Shown: positions 13,545 to 27,400, counted from the first letter of the stretch. The stretch: DNA of 64,000 nt from Eledone cirrhosa (GCA_964016885.1 OZ024755.1:24118001-24182000), one strand, 5' to 3'. Translations and numbers: made by a program. The notes: generated by a model from the sequence alone, not told the origin.

Positions 13545-13746
13545 TTAACCCTTTAACATTTACATTACTCTATATTTACTATTGTATTTTCATGGTGAAC
13601 ACTATCTCATAATTATCCCACATAATATTGAATCTATCAGATTTTGATATTTATTTTGAGAACAATACCTTAACATCAGTATGAATGGCTGGTTTGAACA
13701 GAAAGAGGTGAGAGAATTCTGACCGGTTTAAATGCTAACGGGTTAA
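13545..13746 (+). mobile_element. piggyBac-type MITE family 1 (also 21516-21731, 53673-53891, 59947-60141)
   Basis: TTAA target duplication, CCCTTTARCATT terminal inverted repeats, shared internal AGAAAGAGGTGAGAGAATTCTG block. Confidence 0.75.
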
Positions 13747-14716
13747 ATGTTTGTATGATCTCCACTCATCCATTTTATTCCTTTTCTACTTTCTTCCTAT
13801 CACTTCTCCAAGCCAACACACCTCTAGTCCTTGATTTCTATGCTTTAAGGTAAATTTTACCTGACGCCATCATTGACAACATTTTGCTGTTTTAATAGCT
13901 TCCTTGCGCAGAGTTCTTCCATTATCCTACGAATTATAATACACTCACGTTTCAAACTCGATATTGGAGATAACTTTGTTTATATTTTAACACAAATAAG
14001 ATTTAATTGTTTCATCTATACATTGATATTACATTCTAATAATTGTTTCTACTTTTGTCACAAGGCCTTGTTAGTTTACCATATCCCTGTAAAATCCAGT
14101 ATATTGTTTACATATATTGTGAACTTATAATCTCCATAAAAGTAATAGTTTTTGTCTAGACTTATTATATTATATGTTTTATTTTAGCTCTTTATAATCT
14201 CTAATATTATATCTATTTATTTCATCTCAATTCATTTTATTCTATTTATTACTATGTAGATATCATAGAGATGTTTTCATTCTTATATATTATTTTCTAC
14301 ATCATGTTCTTTCTTCCTTTCTTTTTTCTCTTTTGCTTTCATTTAGGGAAATATAATAATGTTGTTGCCATTTAAATCTTAGAATATGTTTTTTAACGCT
14401 TATTAATAGAGGTACATAATTTATATATCATGTAAATTGTGTTTTAAGAATGCCTTGTTCCTTTAAATATTTTATAAATGTTGACTGATGTGCAGCCATC
14501 TTTGAACATTATATGGCTAGCGCCCATGGTGATGGTGATCGAATATTATTATAATTCAATATAAATTAACGTCGAGGTTAACTTTGCCTTTCATCCTTAC
14601 AGGGTCGATAAAATAAAGTACCACTAATGTACTGGTAGTTGCTGGCCTTGAGCCAAAAGTAGAAACAATTATTATTCAATATAAACCTCAGGAATGCAAA
14701 ATATTAATATATTTAC

Positions 14717-14825
14717 CTGTCTTTCTTTAAATCTTCACTTGTTTTCCTAAATGTTGTTATCACAGAATCTAGTTCCTTTGAAAAGTTCTCATACACTACA
14801 GCAACTTGTTGTGCAAATTCAGCCA
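14717..14825 (-). CDS. Stacl: Exon A of F-BAR-domain gene (Stac-like SH3/cysteine-rich adaptor, N-terminal F-BAR)
   Basis: Acceptor tgtttatttgtag, donor GTAAAT; 109 nt (2+105+2) encoding xAEFAQQVAVVYENFSKELDSVITTFRKTSEDLKKD(R). Its phase-2 end matches the next exon. Resembles, from memory, the arthropod Stac-like segment FRKRNxELRKERP. Confidence 0.85.
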
Positions 14826-14884
14826 CTACAAATAAACACAAAAAAAAATATTTGTTTTATGTATACAGTACACCATCAAGCACT

Positions 14885-15290
14885 ATAATAATAATAATGA
14901 AATATTGTGTACAGTGCTCAGGTGCACTACAACTCATCAAAAAGTGTATGTATAGTACATAGGGTAATGTACAAATGTCCGGAAAATGAACAGTGCATGA
15001 GTCATGATATACACATGTGTGCATGTGTATGGAAGGGGTACATCAGGTGTAGTTTTGGGGAATTTCGGGAAGCATGAGGATTTTAAAGGATGCAGCGTCT
15101 CGGCAGCTAACAACTGACGCAGGCAGTTTGTACCATGCTTCAGCAACTATGAGCGTGAAAAAATGTTTCCGAAAGTCATGGGAGCTGTGCTGTTTTCTGA
15201 TTTTGTAGGCATGTCCACGTGTGTTAGACACATGGAGATCAAAAAGGTGCTCAGGGTTGTTCTTTGGCGAGATGGTTAATAATTTATGTT
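14885..15290 (-). mobile_element. CR1-group LINE 3' end (shorter copies at 9230-9730, interrupted by a SINE, and 12637-12845)
   Basis: SNTRGHAYKIRKQHSSHDFRKHFFTLIVAEAWYKLPASVVSCRDAASFK matches the CR1 TRGH..FF..V..W..LP..VV..FK motif; (TTA)n tail. Confidence 0.8.
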
Positions 15291-16052
15291 AATTACTCTC
15301 TCCTCTACTACCTTCACAACCCAATCACTCTATTACTCCCATCATACTCTCACTCCCTTAAGCAACTCAACCTAATTCTTCCTCTACAAAAGGCAAATGC
15401 ATTGCTTTCCTTCTGTATACACTTCTCATTAATGATATTTTGATTCCTTAAAGCCATTTTCCCCACTAATTTGGGAGTAGCCTTGCAGACTGTATGATAG
15501 GCTTCATGCTCATCATAGGGATACAAATGGCTGTCACACATACTTTTTCTCCGATCGTTCCTCTTCTTACTCTCTATCTCATTCTATCATCTGATGAAGG
15601 ACTAGTGTTGGAAACATGAAAACTCTACTATATTAGGTGTTAAACTAATATATTTCTTTACTGTACTTTGTTGTTTCCATTTACTATGTGTGTGGTGTGT
15701 GTGTGTGTGTGGTGTGTGGTGTGTGGTGTGTGTGTGGTGTGTGGTGTGTGGTGTGTGTGGTGTGGTGTGGTGTATGTGTGAGAGTCCTGGGTTCAATCAG
15801 GGGTAACCACAGTAAGTAAGGTACTCAATATATTAGTAGTAGAGTGAAAATATCAAATTTAATATAGAAATGGCTTCTACAGGACTAGAAGCATTAACTT
15901 TTTCCACCATGGAGCGTTTTGAAACTGCCTCAAACAATTCAATTGATATCTGCCCTACTGCAGCTACAACTTCAATTTATACCTGATTTATATATAGATA
16001 TATATATATAATATAGTTAGAATTTAGCTTCGAACATAGCTGTATGCAAATA

Positions 16053-16413
16053 TGTATTTGAATTTTGTATTTCTAAAGAAATATGGTATGTTTATAAATA
16101 AACATTTAGAAAGCCGTAGCTATGCAAAAGCAAGAGGGACAATCATCAATGCATTTCAAAATGAACTGGTCTCATCAGGATGATCCCTCCCATTCTTGCA
16201 ACTGTTGGACTTTGAAAACAGGCGAGAATATATAGTTTTCTTGTCTGTGTAAGTGATGTGATTAATCTCATTTGCATATGAAGCTTATCCCCCTTGCTTC
16301 TGTTGGACACCGCTGTGTGGCGTTAGCTGCCAGTGTTTTTGCATAGCTACAGCTTTCTAAATGTTTATTTATAAACATACTGTAGTTCTTTAGAAATACA
16401 AAATTCAAATACA
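16053..16413. repeat. Inverted repeat, ~77-bp arms, ~200-bp spacer
   Basis: TGTATTTGAATTTTG..GCTATGCAAAA is mirrored by TTTTGCATAGC..CAAAATTCAAATACA. Confidence 0.9.
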
Positions 16414-17479
16414 TACATATATACATACACATCTCATCATCTACACTTTCGTGGTTAAAAAGATTATTATATATAAAAAATCCAAAGCATTTCCCTGGTT
16501 AAGAAAATTATATATAAAAGAAATCTATTAAGAAGTGTTCTCTTTTGATTTGTCTATACTCTATTTTTCTCTGGATTAAATTATCAAATGCCATCCATGG
16601 ATGAAAGCAATATAAAATTAAATCTATCACATTTTAATATTGATTTAAAATCTGCATCTTTATTGAATGTCAGAATTCAATGTCAATTTTTATTTTAAAA
16701 ATCAACCGTAATCCAATATTAATTCAATGTGATAATTCAACAATGATTTAATCAATGTTGATATGGCAGTTGAACTATTAATGAAATAATTTTATCAGAA
16801 AATCACAATTAATCAGTGCATTTGGTTTACTGTATTTAGCAACACACACGCATTTATTTACAATAAGTAAATCTATTAACTATTATCAGATATTTTCAAA
16901 TTACACAATATACACTTGTTTACATACACATGCAGTTACCCACACATATATAGACACATCATACATACATACACACGCATCTATATGCTTTGGATTATAA
17001 TGCTTACAAGGCTAATGTCTATGTACATTGATTATCAAGAGTAAATAAATTTTGTTAAAAATTAACATTAATTCCCATTTAAAGTGGACTAAATACTTTA
17101 CTGTATTGAATTTCAATTCATATCTTGCTGTGATGAATTTTTCATTTCATCTCTCTAAGAAGTAAGGTTAAAATATGGATATTGTTATCAGGTCATACTT
17201 ATTTCCTTTTTGTAGGAACTTTGATAATTTTAATTCAATGGAATATACACAAATAAACAATATATATTGTTATCATAATATTACAAATAAAAATAAAAAC
17301 AAAGAAAAGGGAAAGGGAAAGGAAAAAAGAAAAGAAGCACAAGCAGGTAATACACACAACTAGGACCACATACAATAAAAGACAGGTGAAAGGGGCGGAC
17401 AAACGAACCAATGTGAGAGCAAAAGCTAATGATATTGCTAGGAGCACTGGAAAACCTCTCTAATAAGTTTTGAGGCAAG

Positions 17480-17665
17480 CCAGCATGCTTGCAGTGTTAC
17501 CTCAGATGATGGCGAGGCTGATGCGCTGGAACAGCCAAGTGCCTTCACAAGCATCACCAGTTACCTCAGTTAGGTGAGCCACCGGTGAAGACAAGAACCT
17601 CGCAGTTAGTGGCCCAACTCCCCCAAACATCTTGAACCCCACAGGCTGGTAAAGGTAGTTTAGCA
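17480..17665 (-). mobile_element. CRE-like non-LTR retrotransposon 3' remnant (restriction-like endonuclease end)
   Basis: GGVGPLTARFLS..LTEVTGDACEGTWLFQRISLAII*GNTASML matches the WLFQRLSxAxQRGNA motif. Confidence 0.7.
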
Positions 17666-17983
17666 ACAGTTTTACTTTATTTGTAAATAAATAAAAAAGA
17701 CAAACATACATGCTATCAGTAACCATCTTAACTGAGTATAGAATTCTCATTGCTACAAACTGAATTTGTAAATATTTTCACAGCAGGAATGTAAGTTTTC
17801 TCTCATGAAATCTAATAAGAACAACCATTAATTAATATGGAAGCCAAAAGATTCTTCATATATTTCATCAGAATTTCCCATTGTAAATTTATCCATACAT
17901 AACACATACACGCTCTTGATAAGACAAAAAAGTTGAGAAGAGTGAAAATTCTATTCATTGTTATTGTTAGTTCACTTACTCAC

Positions 17984-20900
17984 TTAATCATAACTGGAAA
18001 AAAAAAAAAAACATAACAAACAACTTGTTTTATTTATGGAAGGAGGTACGTAAATTGTCCTGAAAATTTTTCTATTTACCTCTTCAGTCAATAGAAAATC
18101 TGTGTGCAGAATAGTAGAAAAATAAATGTAAAAAAAATTTGAAATAAATCTCTACACAAGAGTCTTTCAAATTATCAAATATATACAAATCCCTGTCAAA
18201 CAGAATGTCATTTGTATGTTATTTTGGCAGTATTGGTAGGGCATCAGACATACTTTACAGCATATAGTTACAGCCTTTTACATTCTGATTTCAAATCACG
18301 CCAAGGTTAGCTTAATCTTTCATCCTTGAGCAGTCGATAAAATAAAGTACCAGTAACACACTGGAGTCAATTTTATCAACTTTCCCCTCACCTCAAAATT
18401 GTTGGACTTGTGCTTAAATCAGAAACCATTAATGTTGTCTGAGAAATATAACTACATACATAACAGTATGAAAAATAAGGTAGTATGAATAAGTAAAAAA
18501 GAATAAAGATCCCATAACTCCTTGTGGAGTCATAGAATACCATCATATGGTGTGTCTAGGGCACCTTTTTAAACTTGACAAAGCCCAACCCTCTCCAGGT
18601 CTGAAAACAGCTGATTTTTTCTATAGAGGAAGAATTAACCCGACTGATACTTTTTTTATCCACCTTGAAAGTATGAAAGGCAAAGTTGTTCCTGGCGGAA
18701 TTTAAACTCAGAGCGTGCAATGAGGTGGGACGAATACCATCAAGCATTCTATCCCACGTTTTAACAAATCTGTCAATTCACCGTATATAAATAAGTAGGT
18801 AATGTTAAAATCTATATATTTTCAACCATAATCCAATTTATAACCCATATTAACAAGTTCATGTTTATCATGTGTTAAGTTTCTACACTTGGTTATCTAA
18901 TCTTAAAACAAATAATCATCTCTTTTCTTTTCTGCTTTCAAGGATGGTTGCTTTCTATGATCAATTCTTTCTCATGGCACCACATAAACAATTCATTTCC
19001 ACATCTCTACCTTTTTCACTACTAGGAATTATTGTTATTTCTAGAATTTTGTTTTTAATGTTTATCAAGAATAACTAAGAACAAAGAGTAATGATTTCCA
19101 CAATAGGCACAAGGCCAGCAATTTGGAGAGAGGGAAAAGTTGATTAAATCGACCCCAGTGCATTACTGGTGCTTTATTTTATCAACCCTGTAAGGATGAA
19201 AGGCAAAGTTAATCTCGGCAGCATTTGAACTCAGAATGTAAAGGGCCATAACTATACTGGTGTCTGACGCTCTATTTATAATGACCATGGTGGATTGGCA
19301 GTATCAGTAATGTCATGTGGTACTGTAACAAGCAGTGTTCAAGTGGTGACAGCTCACAGTGAACATATAACTCTACTATTGATAATGACTGTATTATCAC
19401 AACAATATCTTCTCTCTAACATTACAACAATATCTTCTCTCTAACATTACAAAAATGTACTTTTCCAGTACCATTGCTAACAAAGCCCATATTGTATCAT
19501 GATAGAGATATGACATGGGCTTTGTTAGCAATGTTCAATGGTATATTACAATAGCTATATTCAACAGTAGCTTTATATAATAATCACAATGTCCTTTTAA
19601 TATGATTGCTAATAGTATCCAATAGATATTATAAGTATTAACTATTACGATCTTATCAAACAATACTACTATATCTGTACAGATGATAAAATATTTTGAA
19701 TTTGGTAAATACATCTCTCTTCCTTCTGTGACTCTAATTTCTTTCCTTCTCTCTCCCTCTCATTCTCTCTTTCATTCTCTCCCTCATTCTCCCTCTCTCT
19801 TTCTCTCTGCATTACTGTGTAAAGAACAAATAAGATTGAAATGTACATTTTTAATTAAAACATTTAAGATTATGCATATCTTTATTTTTCATATCTTGTT
19901 TACAACTTCATTATTTAAAAATATGAAATGTTATATATAGCAGTAATATTTCTTTCTCAGTCCTCCACGGGTAAGATTTAAATAGACAAACTAACCAGTC
20001 AAAACGCTTTTCTTGAAATATATCTTACATTTTGGTAAATAGATGTTTGGTAAATTTTCATAAAAGCAATCGTAGCTTTTTTTTCCCAGAGAGACAAAAT
20101 TTCTCTAACTTGCCTGCTATTGAATTTATTATGACTATGATACAACAAGTTATTCTATATTTTCTTCTACTGCCATCATCATATACCTTGCTATATTTAT
20201 AAGAGCTGCAATCGTTTATGGGCTTAACCCTTTCAAGATCACATTTCTAATGAAATACACTCTATTTCAATTAATTTCTGAAGAATTTTGAGGGATTTAC
20301 TTAAATTGTTAATTATTTCATTACTAAGATAGTAACTTAATGTAAGGTTCTTATATAAAATTATGTTGGAAAATTTTAATATAAATTGGAAACCTTTAAA
20401 ATTGGGGACTTTGTTTTATAGAAGCAGAGCCAGTTTTGGCCAGTTTGGTAACTAAAGGGTTAAGCCACAAACAATCTGTGTAGCTGATAATTCTAATGGT
20501 AAACAAAAATAATACTTTTATTAAATTCTTATACAACTGAAGTTGAAATTAATCAGATTATTGATTTCAGAGGTTCAATATATTATAAAACCAAAATAAA
20601 TTCAGGCCTTTATGATTAAGGTAAGATTTAATTTTTAGCATTTATATCTTTAATATATATATAACAATACAAAAAATATACATATCTATAGGTAATAAAT
20701 TCAATGTCTCTTAGTCAGAGCAATTAATATAGCAACCCTTAAATAGATCACAGGGGAAATTATTGAGGAAACTGATACATTAATCAACAAACGTCAAGAC
20801 AACAGTCTCTACAATAGTCTTATTAGTTTTCTGAAAGCTGATTTAGTTTGTTTATGATTAGCTGCTAGGGAAATTAGTTAGGCTGGTGTTTGTTATTTTT

Positions 20901-21075
20901 ACAAAACACAATTTTATTTGCTGCCAGCGATGTCAGATATCAACACTTTATCTCTAATTCATTATTAGATGCAACAATATAAAAAATATATTAGCTCTTA
21001 TAAAACAGATCTAATTTTACTCTCACCCATATTGAATCAACTTTCATAGAACGGCTTAACAAAGCTAACAATATG
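17984..21075 (-). other. Candidate short upstream (5'UTR/start) exons of the F-BAR gene: 21027-21075, 18080-18099, 17984-17993
   Basis: Each has a pyrimidine-rich AG acceptor and a GT donor (GTGAGA, GTAAAT, GTGAGT/GTAAGT). 21027-21075 ends ATG G and 17984-17993 ends in A; both splice in frame onto TG GCT of exon A. Confidence 0.35.
20224..20463 (+). mobile_element. piggyBac-type MITE family 2 (also 10698-10915)
   Basis: TTAACCCT...GGTAACTAAAGGGTTAA ends; internal sequence shared between the two copies. Confidence 0.7.
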
Positions 21076-21979
21076 CTGGAATGAAGATAATTAATCTAAT
21101 TAAAATATTTTTATTATTAATTACATTTTCAAAGATATCTATTAGTATCAAACTTCAAAACTATCATTACGATCTGAGTTCAAATCCCGCCAAGGTTAAC
21201 TTTGCCTTTCATCCTTACGGGGTCGATAAAATAAAGTATCAGTAATACACTGGGTAATTGCTGGCCTTGTGCCAAAAGTAGAAACAATTATCTACAAACT
21301 GTAAAACTCTTTAAACATTGGAATAATACTGAAAGATTTATAGAGAAGAACAGTTCATGTTGGTACTGTTCAGATTAAATTAGTAATTAATGATTCCTGT
21401 TAAATTGTAAGGTGGACAATGTTGATGACAAATATTATGTACAACATCATCATTACATAAAATTAATGCCTGAAATCTTAGAAATACAAATAACACAAAT
21501 TTAGTTTTCGTGACATTAACCCTTTAGTATTTGCATTACTCTATATATACTATTGTATTTACATTGTAAAGGCTTTATCTCACGTAACATCGAATCTATG
21601 AGACTTTGATATTATTTATTTTGAGAACATTACCTTAATATCAGTATGAGTGGCTGGTTACAGCCAGTTTGAATCGAAAGAGGTGAGAGAATTCTGGCTG
21701 GATTTGGCTGGTTTAAATGCAAAAGGGTTAAGATATCTATAATAGCCAAAGCCCAAAATTCTCAACAGCCTAATCTACTTCATTGTAATTTCCAATACAA
21801 TGTTGATATTTTTGAATTACAAAAAAAAAAAAAATATATATATACAATCAATGACATTTAACATTTTATTAAAAATCATTAGGTAAAGAATCTATGAAAA
21901 TAATGTTCAATATATAGTTCCAGATGTCTGGAGCTAGCTGTTGAAAGGTTAAGAGCTCAGCCATCAGGTCCCACCTCTT

Positions 21980-22010
<31 letters not shown>

Positions 22011-22531
22011 GATAGATAGATAGATAGATAGAATTTAGCGAGAATCGCATTTCGGCGGGTAGAAATTAGCGAAACGCAACTTCAATAATGTGCAGACAAG
22101 CGCTCTATGCATATAAAGAGGATAGCAGAGCTATAAACATAAGTTAAAATGGTCATACACACTGAGACGATGGTTAAGAAGCCATATCCACCATAGCCAA
22201 AAAGCGAACAAGCTAAACGGGTCAAACAAAATGAGATATGATTGAAATAGTTACCCGGACCCTTGGGGAAGATGTAATACTCCGAAATTTGGGTTTCTGC
22301 AACACCTAAATCAATAATACTGTCTGTTTATAAAAATAAAAATAAGCTTTTGGTATAATGATTGAACAAGGCATCACTTTCTCAACGGGTTTTTGTTCAT
22401 TTATCGGCGGAATCTCGCAGGTTGTGAAAGCACATGTGAGAATCTAAGGGAGGGTTATATCTGTAGTAGTAGAGCGCTCAGTCCATGGGACAAGTTAGGT
22501 ATAAGTAGTAACACAACAGTTAGTTCACCAT

Positions 22532-22572
22532 ACCGAGAACAATTGTTTCACCTTGCGGATCTTCAGCTCAGT
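22532..22572 (-). ncRNA. Minimal type I hammerhead ribozyme motif (Penelope-type)
   Basis: ACTGAG-CTGAAGA-TCCGCAAGGT-GAAAC-AATT-GTT-CTCGGT: 6-bp stem I, CUGANGA/GAAA core, short stem III with palindromic loop, GUU triplet. An inverted, mutated twin lies at 22573-22611 (+). Confidence 0.65.
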
Positions 22573-22640
22573 CCGAGCTGAAGATCCGCAAGGTGAAATA
22601 ATTGTTCGCGGTATGGTGAACTAACTGTTGTGTTACTACT

Positions 22641-22711
<71 letters not shown>

Positions 22712-23113
22712 AATTAAAAGACGGAATTAAAGACTCACATTAATCCCCTATGGGCTATAAAACACACGTCTTTTCTCTATATCATGCATGTTTTCTTAGT
22801 TATCTGATATATTTTTTAGAAGTGTTGATCGTATTGCTAGGCACCCGTCGACGAGCTACATTTACAATATGGATTCTTCACTTTTTATAGCAAAACATAC
22901 TTATAATCGGATGGTTAGTACACTTTAATATATTCTTTTGATTGATTTGTATTCACCATTCCTTCCATAGTTAATATGTCCGTCACTCTGGTGGTTTTTG
23001 ATCCCCTATGATTGAACACATATCTCTATGTGTACTTCTCTCTATATGCTTATATATATATATATATATATATGAGGGTGTTAAAGTTTGCTTGAAGCAT
23101 TGTGAAATGTGTA

Positions 23114-23444
23114 AAATACGTAGTTTAGAAAGCCACAACAATGCAGAGGGAAATCTCGAGGTAGGAAGTGAATGATAGATAGGAGAAATAGGATAAAGTG
23201 AAAATTGAGAGAGACAAAGATGAAAACAAAACAAAGGTAGAAGGGTTACCGTAGTGGAGATTTAATCCCAATATTTCGGGCTCATGCCCATCAACGGGGG
23301 AAAGTTCCAAAAGGGGGGGGGGGAACAGGCTAAGCGGAGAAAGTTGTGATGTCGTTAACTTTATCCTATTTCTCCTATCTATCATTCACTTCCTACCTCG
23401 AGATTTCCCTCTGCATTGTTGTGGCTTTCTAAACTACGTATTTT
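23114..23444. repeat. Inverted repeat, ~87-bp perfect arms, between (TA)n tracts
   Basis: AAAATACGTAGTTTAGAAAGCC..GGATAAAGT is mirrored at 23358-23444. Confidence 0.92.
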
Positions 23445-23739
23445 ATATATATATATATATTTGTAGTAAGGTTGCTTGGATGCATCCATAGGCGGCATGC
23501 CGGTTGAGCACTCTATGCTCCTTCGGAGCAGAGTATAATAATATGGAAAACAAAGAATCAGTGATACATTGGAACAGAATTTATTGTGTTCCGATGCATC
23601 ACTGATTCTTCATTTTATATATATATATATATATATATCATCATCATTTCATCATTTCATTTTACGTCCGCTTTTCCCTGCTTGCAAGGGTGGGACGGGA
23701 ACTGATTCTGGCTTGATTTCTACAGCTGGATATATATAT

Positions 23740-24035
23740 TTATGACATCGTCTTTTTTTTTACAACTTCTGTAAAATCAGATATCTCCACATCTTTTCAT
23801 TAGCCTCTGACAATCGTTCCATATTTATTACGTCCAGTTCTTGCCTATTCACCTGAGTGTGTCTCCTTATTTCTTTAATTGTAAGGCTTTCTTTTGATGC
23901 AGCTATAGCCTCCTGGATATTCTATTTTCTGCCTTTTTTCAGCTTTGTCCAGATCGACCTTACTATATTGTCTTCCAAGTGCTTAAGTATGGACAAGAGC
24001 CTTGCTTTTTCAACTTTGTACCCCTATAGGAAGGA
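23740..24035 (-). mobile_element. Hero/NeSL-like non-LTR fragment
   Basis: Minus strand YKVEKARLLSIL..DNIVR..LKKGRK*NIQEAI..L..KEIRRHTQVNRQEL resembles K.RL..D..V..TGRKW..EA..GR.GLG. Confidence 0.5.
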
Positions 24036-24482
24036 TTTGATAGATAACATAAGCCTGGCCTGGCAACAGTAGGGTGCAACATCAGTGAGATCTGGTTAGA
24101 CACTAAGTCACTTGATTCTGTATTTGTTGATTTTGCTTTCTATGGCCTCCACTGTACTAGAGCTGATATTCTATATCAGCAGAGGTCAGAAAAGCTTCGG
24201 AATCGATATGAACTACAAACACTAAATTTTGTATTTGTCAGAGAGGCAACATTGGTCTATGACCTGCAGATGTTTTTCTGTCACTTGCTTGGTTTTGGTT
24301 CTGCTCACTGGCCTTTGCCATCATTCTGGCAAAGGCCAAGCCAGTCCCAAATCAATGAAGTTTATTTCATTTACAATTTCAATTCATTTCTCATATAATT
24401 AAAAACAAGCTAACATCCCACATCCTTACTATACTATCAAAAGCATACTTTGCATTCTTGCGACCGTCTTTCACCAGATGAT

Positions 24483-27400
24483 TTCAGCTACTGTTTACAT
24501 CGACTTCAGCTACTGTTTACATCGACTTCAGCTACTGTTTACATCGACTTCAGCTACTGTTTACATCGACTTCAGCTACTGTTTACATCGACTTCAGCTA
24601 CTGTTTACATCGACTTCAGCTACTGTTTACATCGACTTCAGCTCATGTTTACATCGACTTCAGCTCATGTTTACATCGACTTCAGCTACTGTTTACATCG
24701 ACTTCAGCTACTGTTTACATCGACTTCAGCTACTGTTTACATCGACTTCAGCTACTGTTTACATCGACTTCAGCTACTGTTTACATCGACTTCAGCTACT
24801 GTTTACATCGACTTCAGCTACTGTTTACATCGACTTCAGCTACTGGTTATATCGACTTCAGCTACTGTTTACATCGACTTCAGCTACTGTTTACATCGAC
24901 TTCAGCTACTGTTTACATCGACTTCAGCTACTGTTTACATCGACTTCAGCTACTGGTTACATAGACTTCAGCTACTGTTTACATCGACTTCAGCTACTGT
25001 TTACATCGACTTCAGCTACTGTTTACATCGACTTCAGCTACTGTTTACATCGACTTCAGCTCATGTTTACATCGACTTCAGCTCATGTTTACATCGACTT
25101 CAGCTACTGTTTACATCGACTTCAGCTACTGTTTACATCGACTTCAGCTACTGTTTACATCGACTTCAGCTACTGTTTACATCGACTTCAGCTACTGTTT
25201 ACATCGACTTCAGCTACTGGTTACATCGACTTCAGCTACTGGTTACATCGACTTCAGCTACTGTTTACATCGACTTCAGCTACTGTTTACATCGACTTCA
25301 GCTACTGTTTACATCGACTTCAGCTACTGGTTACATAGACTTCAGCTACTGTTTACATCGACTTCAGCTACTGTTTACATCGACTTCAGCTACTGTTTAC
25401 ATCGACTTCAGCTACTGTTTACATCGACTTCAGCTCATGTTTACATCGACTTCAGCTACTGTTTACATCGACTTCAGCTACTGTTTACATCGACTTCAGC
25501 TACTGTTTACATCGACTTCAGCTACTGTTTACATCGACTTCAGCTACTGGTTACATAGACTTCAGCTACTGTTTACATCGACTTCAGCTACTGTTTACAT
25601 CGACTTCAGCTACTGTTTACATCGACTTCAGCTACTGTTTACATCGACTTCAGCTACTGGTTACATCGACTTCAGCTACTGTTTACATCGACTTCAGCTA
25701 CTGTTTACATCGACTTCAGCTACTGTTTACATCGACTTCAGCTACTGGTTACATCGACTTCAGCTACTGTTTACATCGACTTCAGCTACTGTTTACATCG
25801 ACTTCAGCTACTGTTTACATCGACTTCAGCTACTGTTTACATCGACTTCAGCTACTGGTTACATCGACTTCAGCTACTGTTTACATCGACTTCAGCTACT
25901 GTTTACATCGACTTCAGCTACTGTTTACATCGACTTCAGCTACTGGTTACATCGACTTCAGCTACTGTTTACATCGACTTCAGCTACTGTTTACATCGAC
26001 TTCAGCTACTGTTTACATCGACTTCAGCTACTGTTTACATCGACTTCAGCTACTGTTTACATCGACTTCAGCTACTGTTTACATCGACTTCAGCTACTGT
26101 TTACATCGACTTCAGCTACTGTTTACATCGACTTCAGCTACTGTTTACATCGACTTCAGCTACTGTTTACATCGACTTCAGCTACTGTTTACATCGACTT
26201 CAGCTACTGTTTACATCGACTTCAGCTACTGTTTACATCGACTTCAGCTACTGTTTACATCGACTTCAGCTACTGTTTACATCGACTTCAGCTACTGTTT
26301 ACATCGACTTCAGCTACTGTTTACATCGACTTCAGCTACTGTTTACATCGACTTCAGCTACTGTTTACATCGACTTCAGCTACTGTTTACATCGACTTCA
26401 GCTACTGTTTACATCGACTTCAGCTACTGTTTACATCGACTTCAGCTACTGTTTACATCGACTTCAGCTACTGTTTACATCGACTTCAGCTACTGGTTAC
26501 ATAGACTTCAGCTACTGTTTACATCGACTTCAGCTACTGGTTACATCGACTTCAGCTACTGTTTACATCGACTTCAGCTACTGTTTACATCGACTTCAGC
26601 TACTGTTTACATCGACTTCAGCTACTGTTTACATCGACTTCAGCTACTGTTTACATCGACTTCAGCTACTGTTTACATCGACTTCAGCTACTGTTTACAT
26701 CGACTTCAGCTACTGTTTACATCGACTTCAGCTACTGTTTACATCGACTTCAGCTACTGTTTACATCGACTTCAGCTACTGTTTACATCGACTTCAGCTA
26801 CTGTTTACATCGACTTCAGCTACTGTTTACATCGACTTCAGCTACTGTTTACATCGACTTCAGCTACTGTTTACATCGACTTCAGCTACTGTTTACATCG
26901 ACTTCAGCTACTGTTTACATCGACTTCAGCTACTGTTTACATCGACTTCAGCTACTGGTTACATAGACTTCAGCTACTGTTTACATCGACTTCAGCTACT
27001 GTTTACATCGACTTCAGCTACTGGTTACATAGACTTCAGCTACAGTTTACATCGACTTCAGCTACTGTTTACATCGACTTCAGCTACTGTTTACATCGAC
27101 TTCAGCTACTGTTTACATCGACTTCAGCTACTGTTTACATCGACTTCAGCTACTGTTTACATCGACTTCAGCTACTGGTTACATCGACTTCAGCTACTGT
27201 TTACATCGACTTCAGCTACTGGTTATATCGACTTCAGCTACTGTTTACATCGACTTCAGCTACTGTTTACATCGACTTCAGCTACTGTTTACATCGACTT
27301 CAGCTACTGGTTACATAGACTTCAGCTACTGTTTACATCGACTTCAGCTACTGTTTACATCGACTTCAGCTACTGTTTACATCGACTTCAGCTACTGGTT

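Noticed and set aside
19961-19970. Plus-strand 10-nt micro-exon-like signal (ttctttctcag TCCTCCACGG gtaaga)
   Set aside because: No other + strand exons were found to connect it to; compatible with chance.
21385-21469. Minus-strand acceptor followed by a short open frame ALILCNDDVVHNICHQHCPPY
   Set aside because: Ends in a stop with no convincing donor and no similarity to F-BAR sequence.
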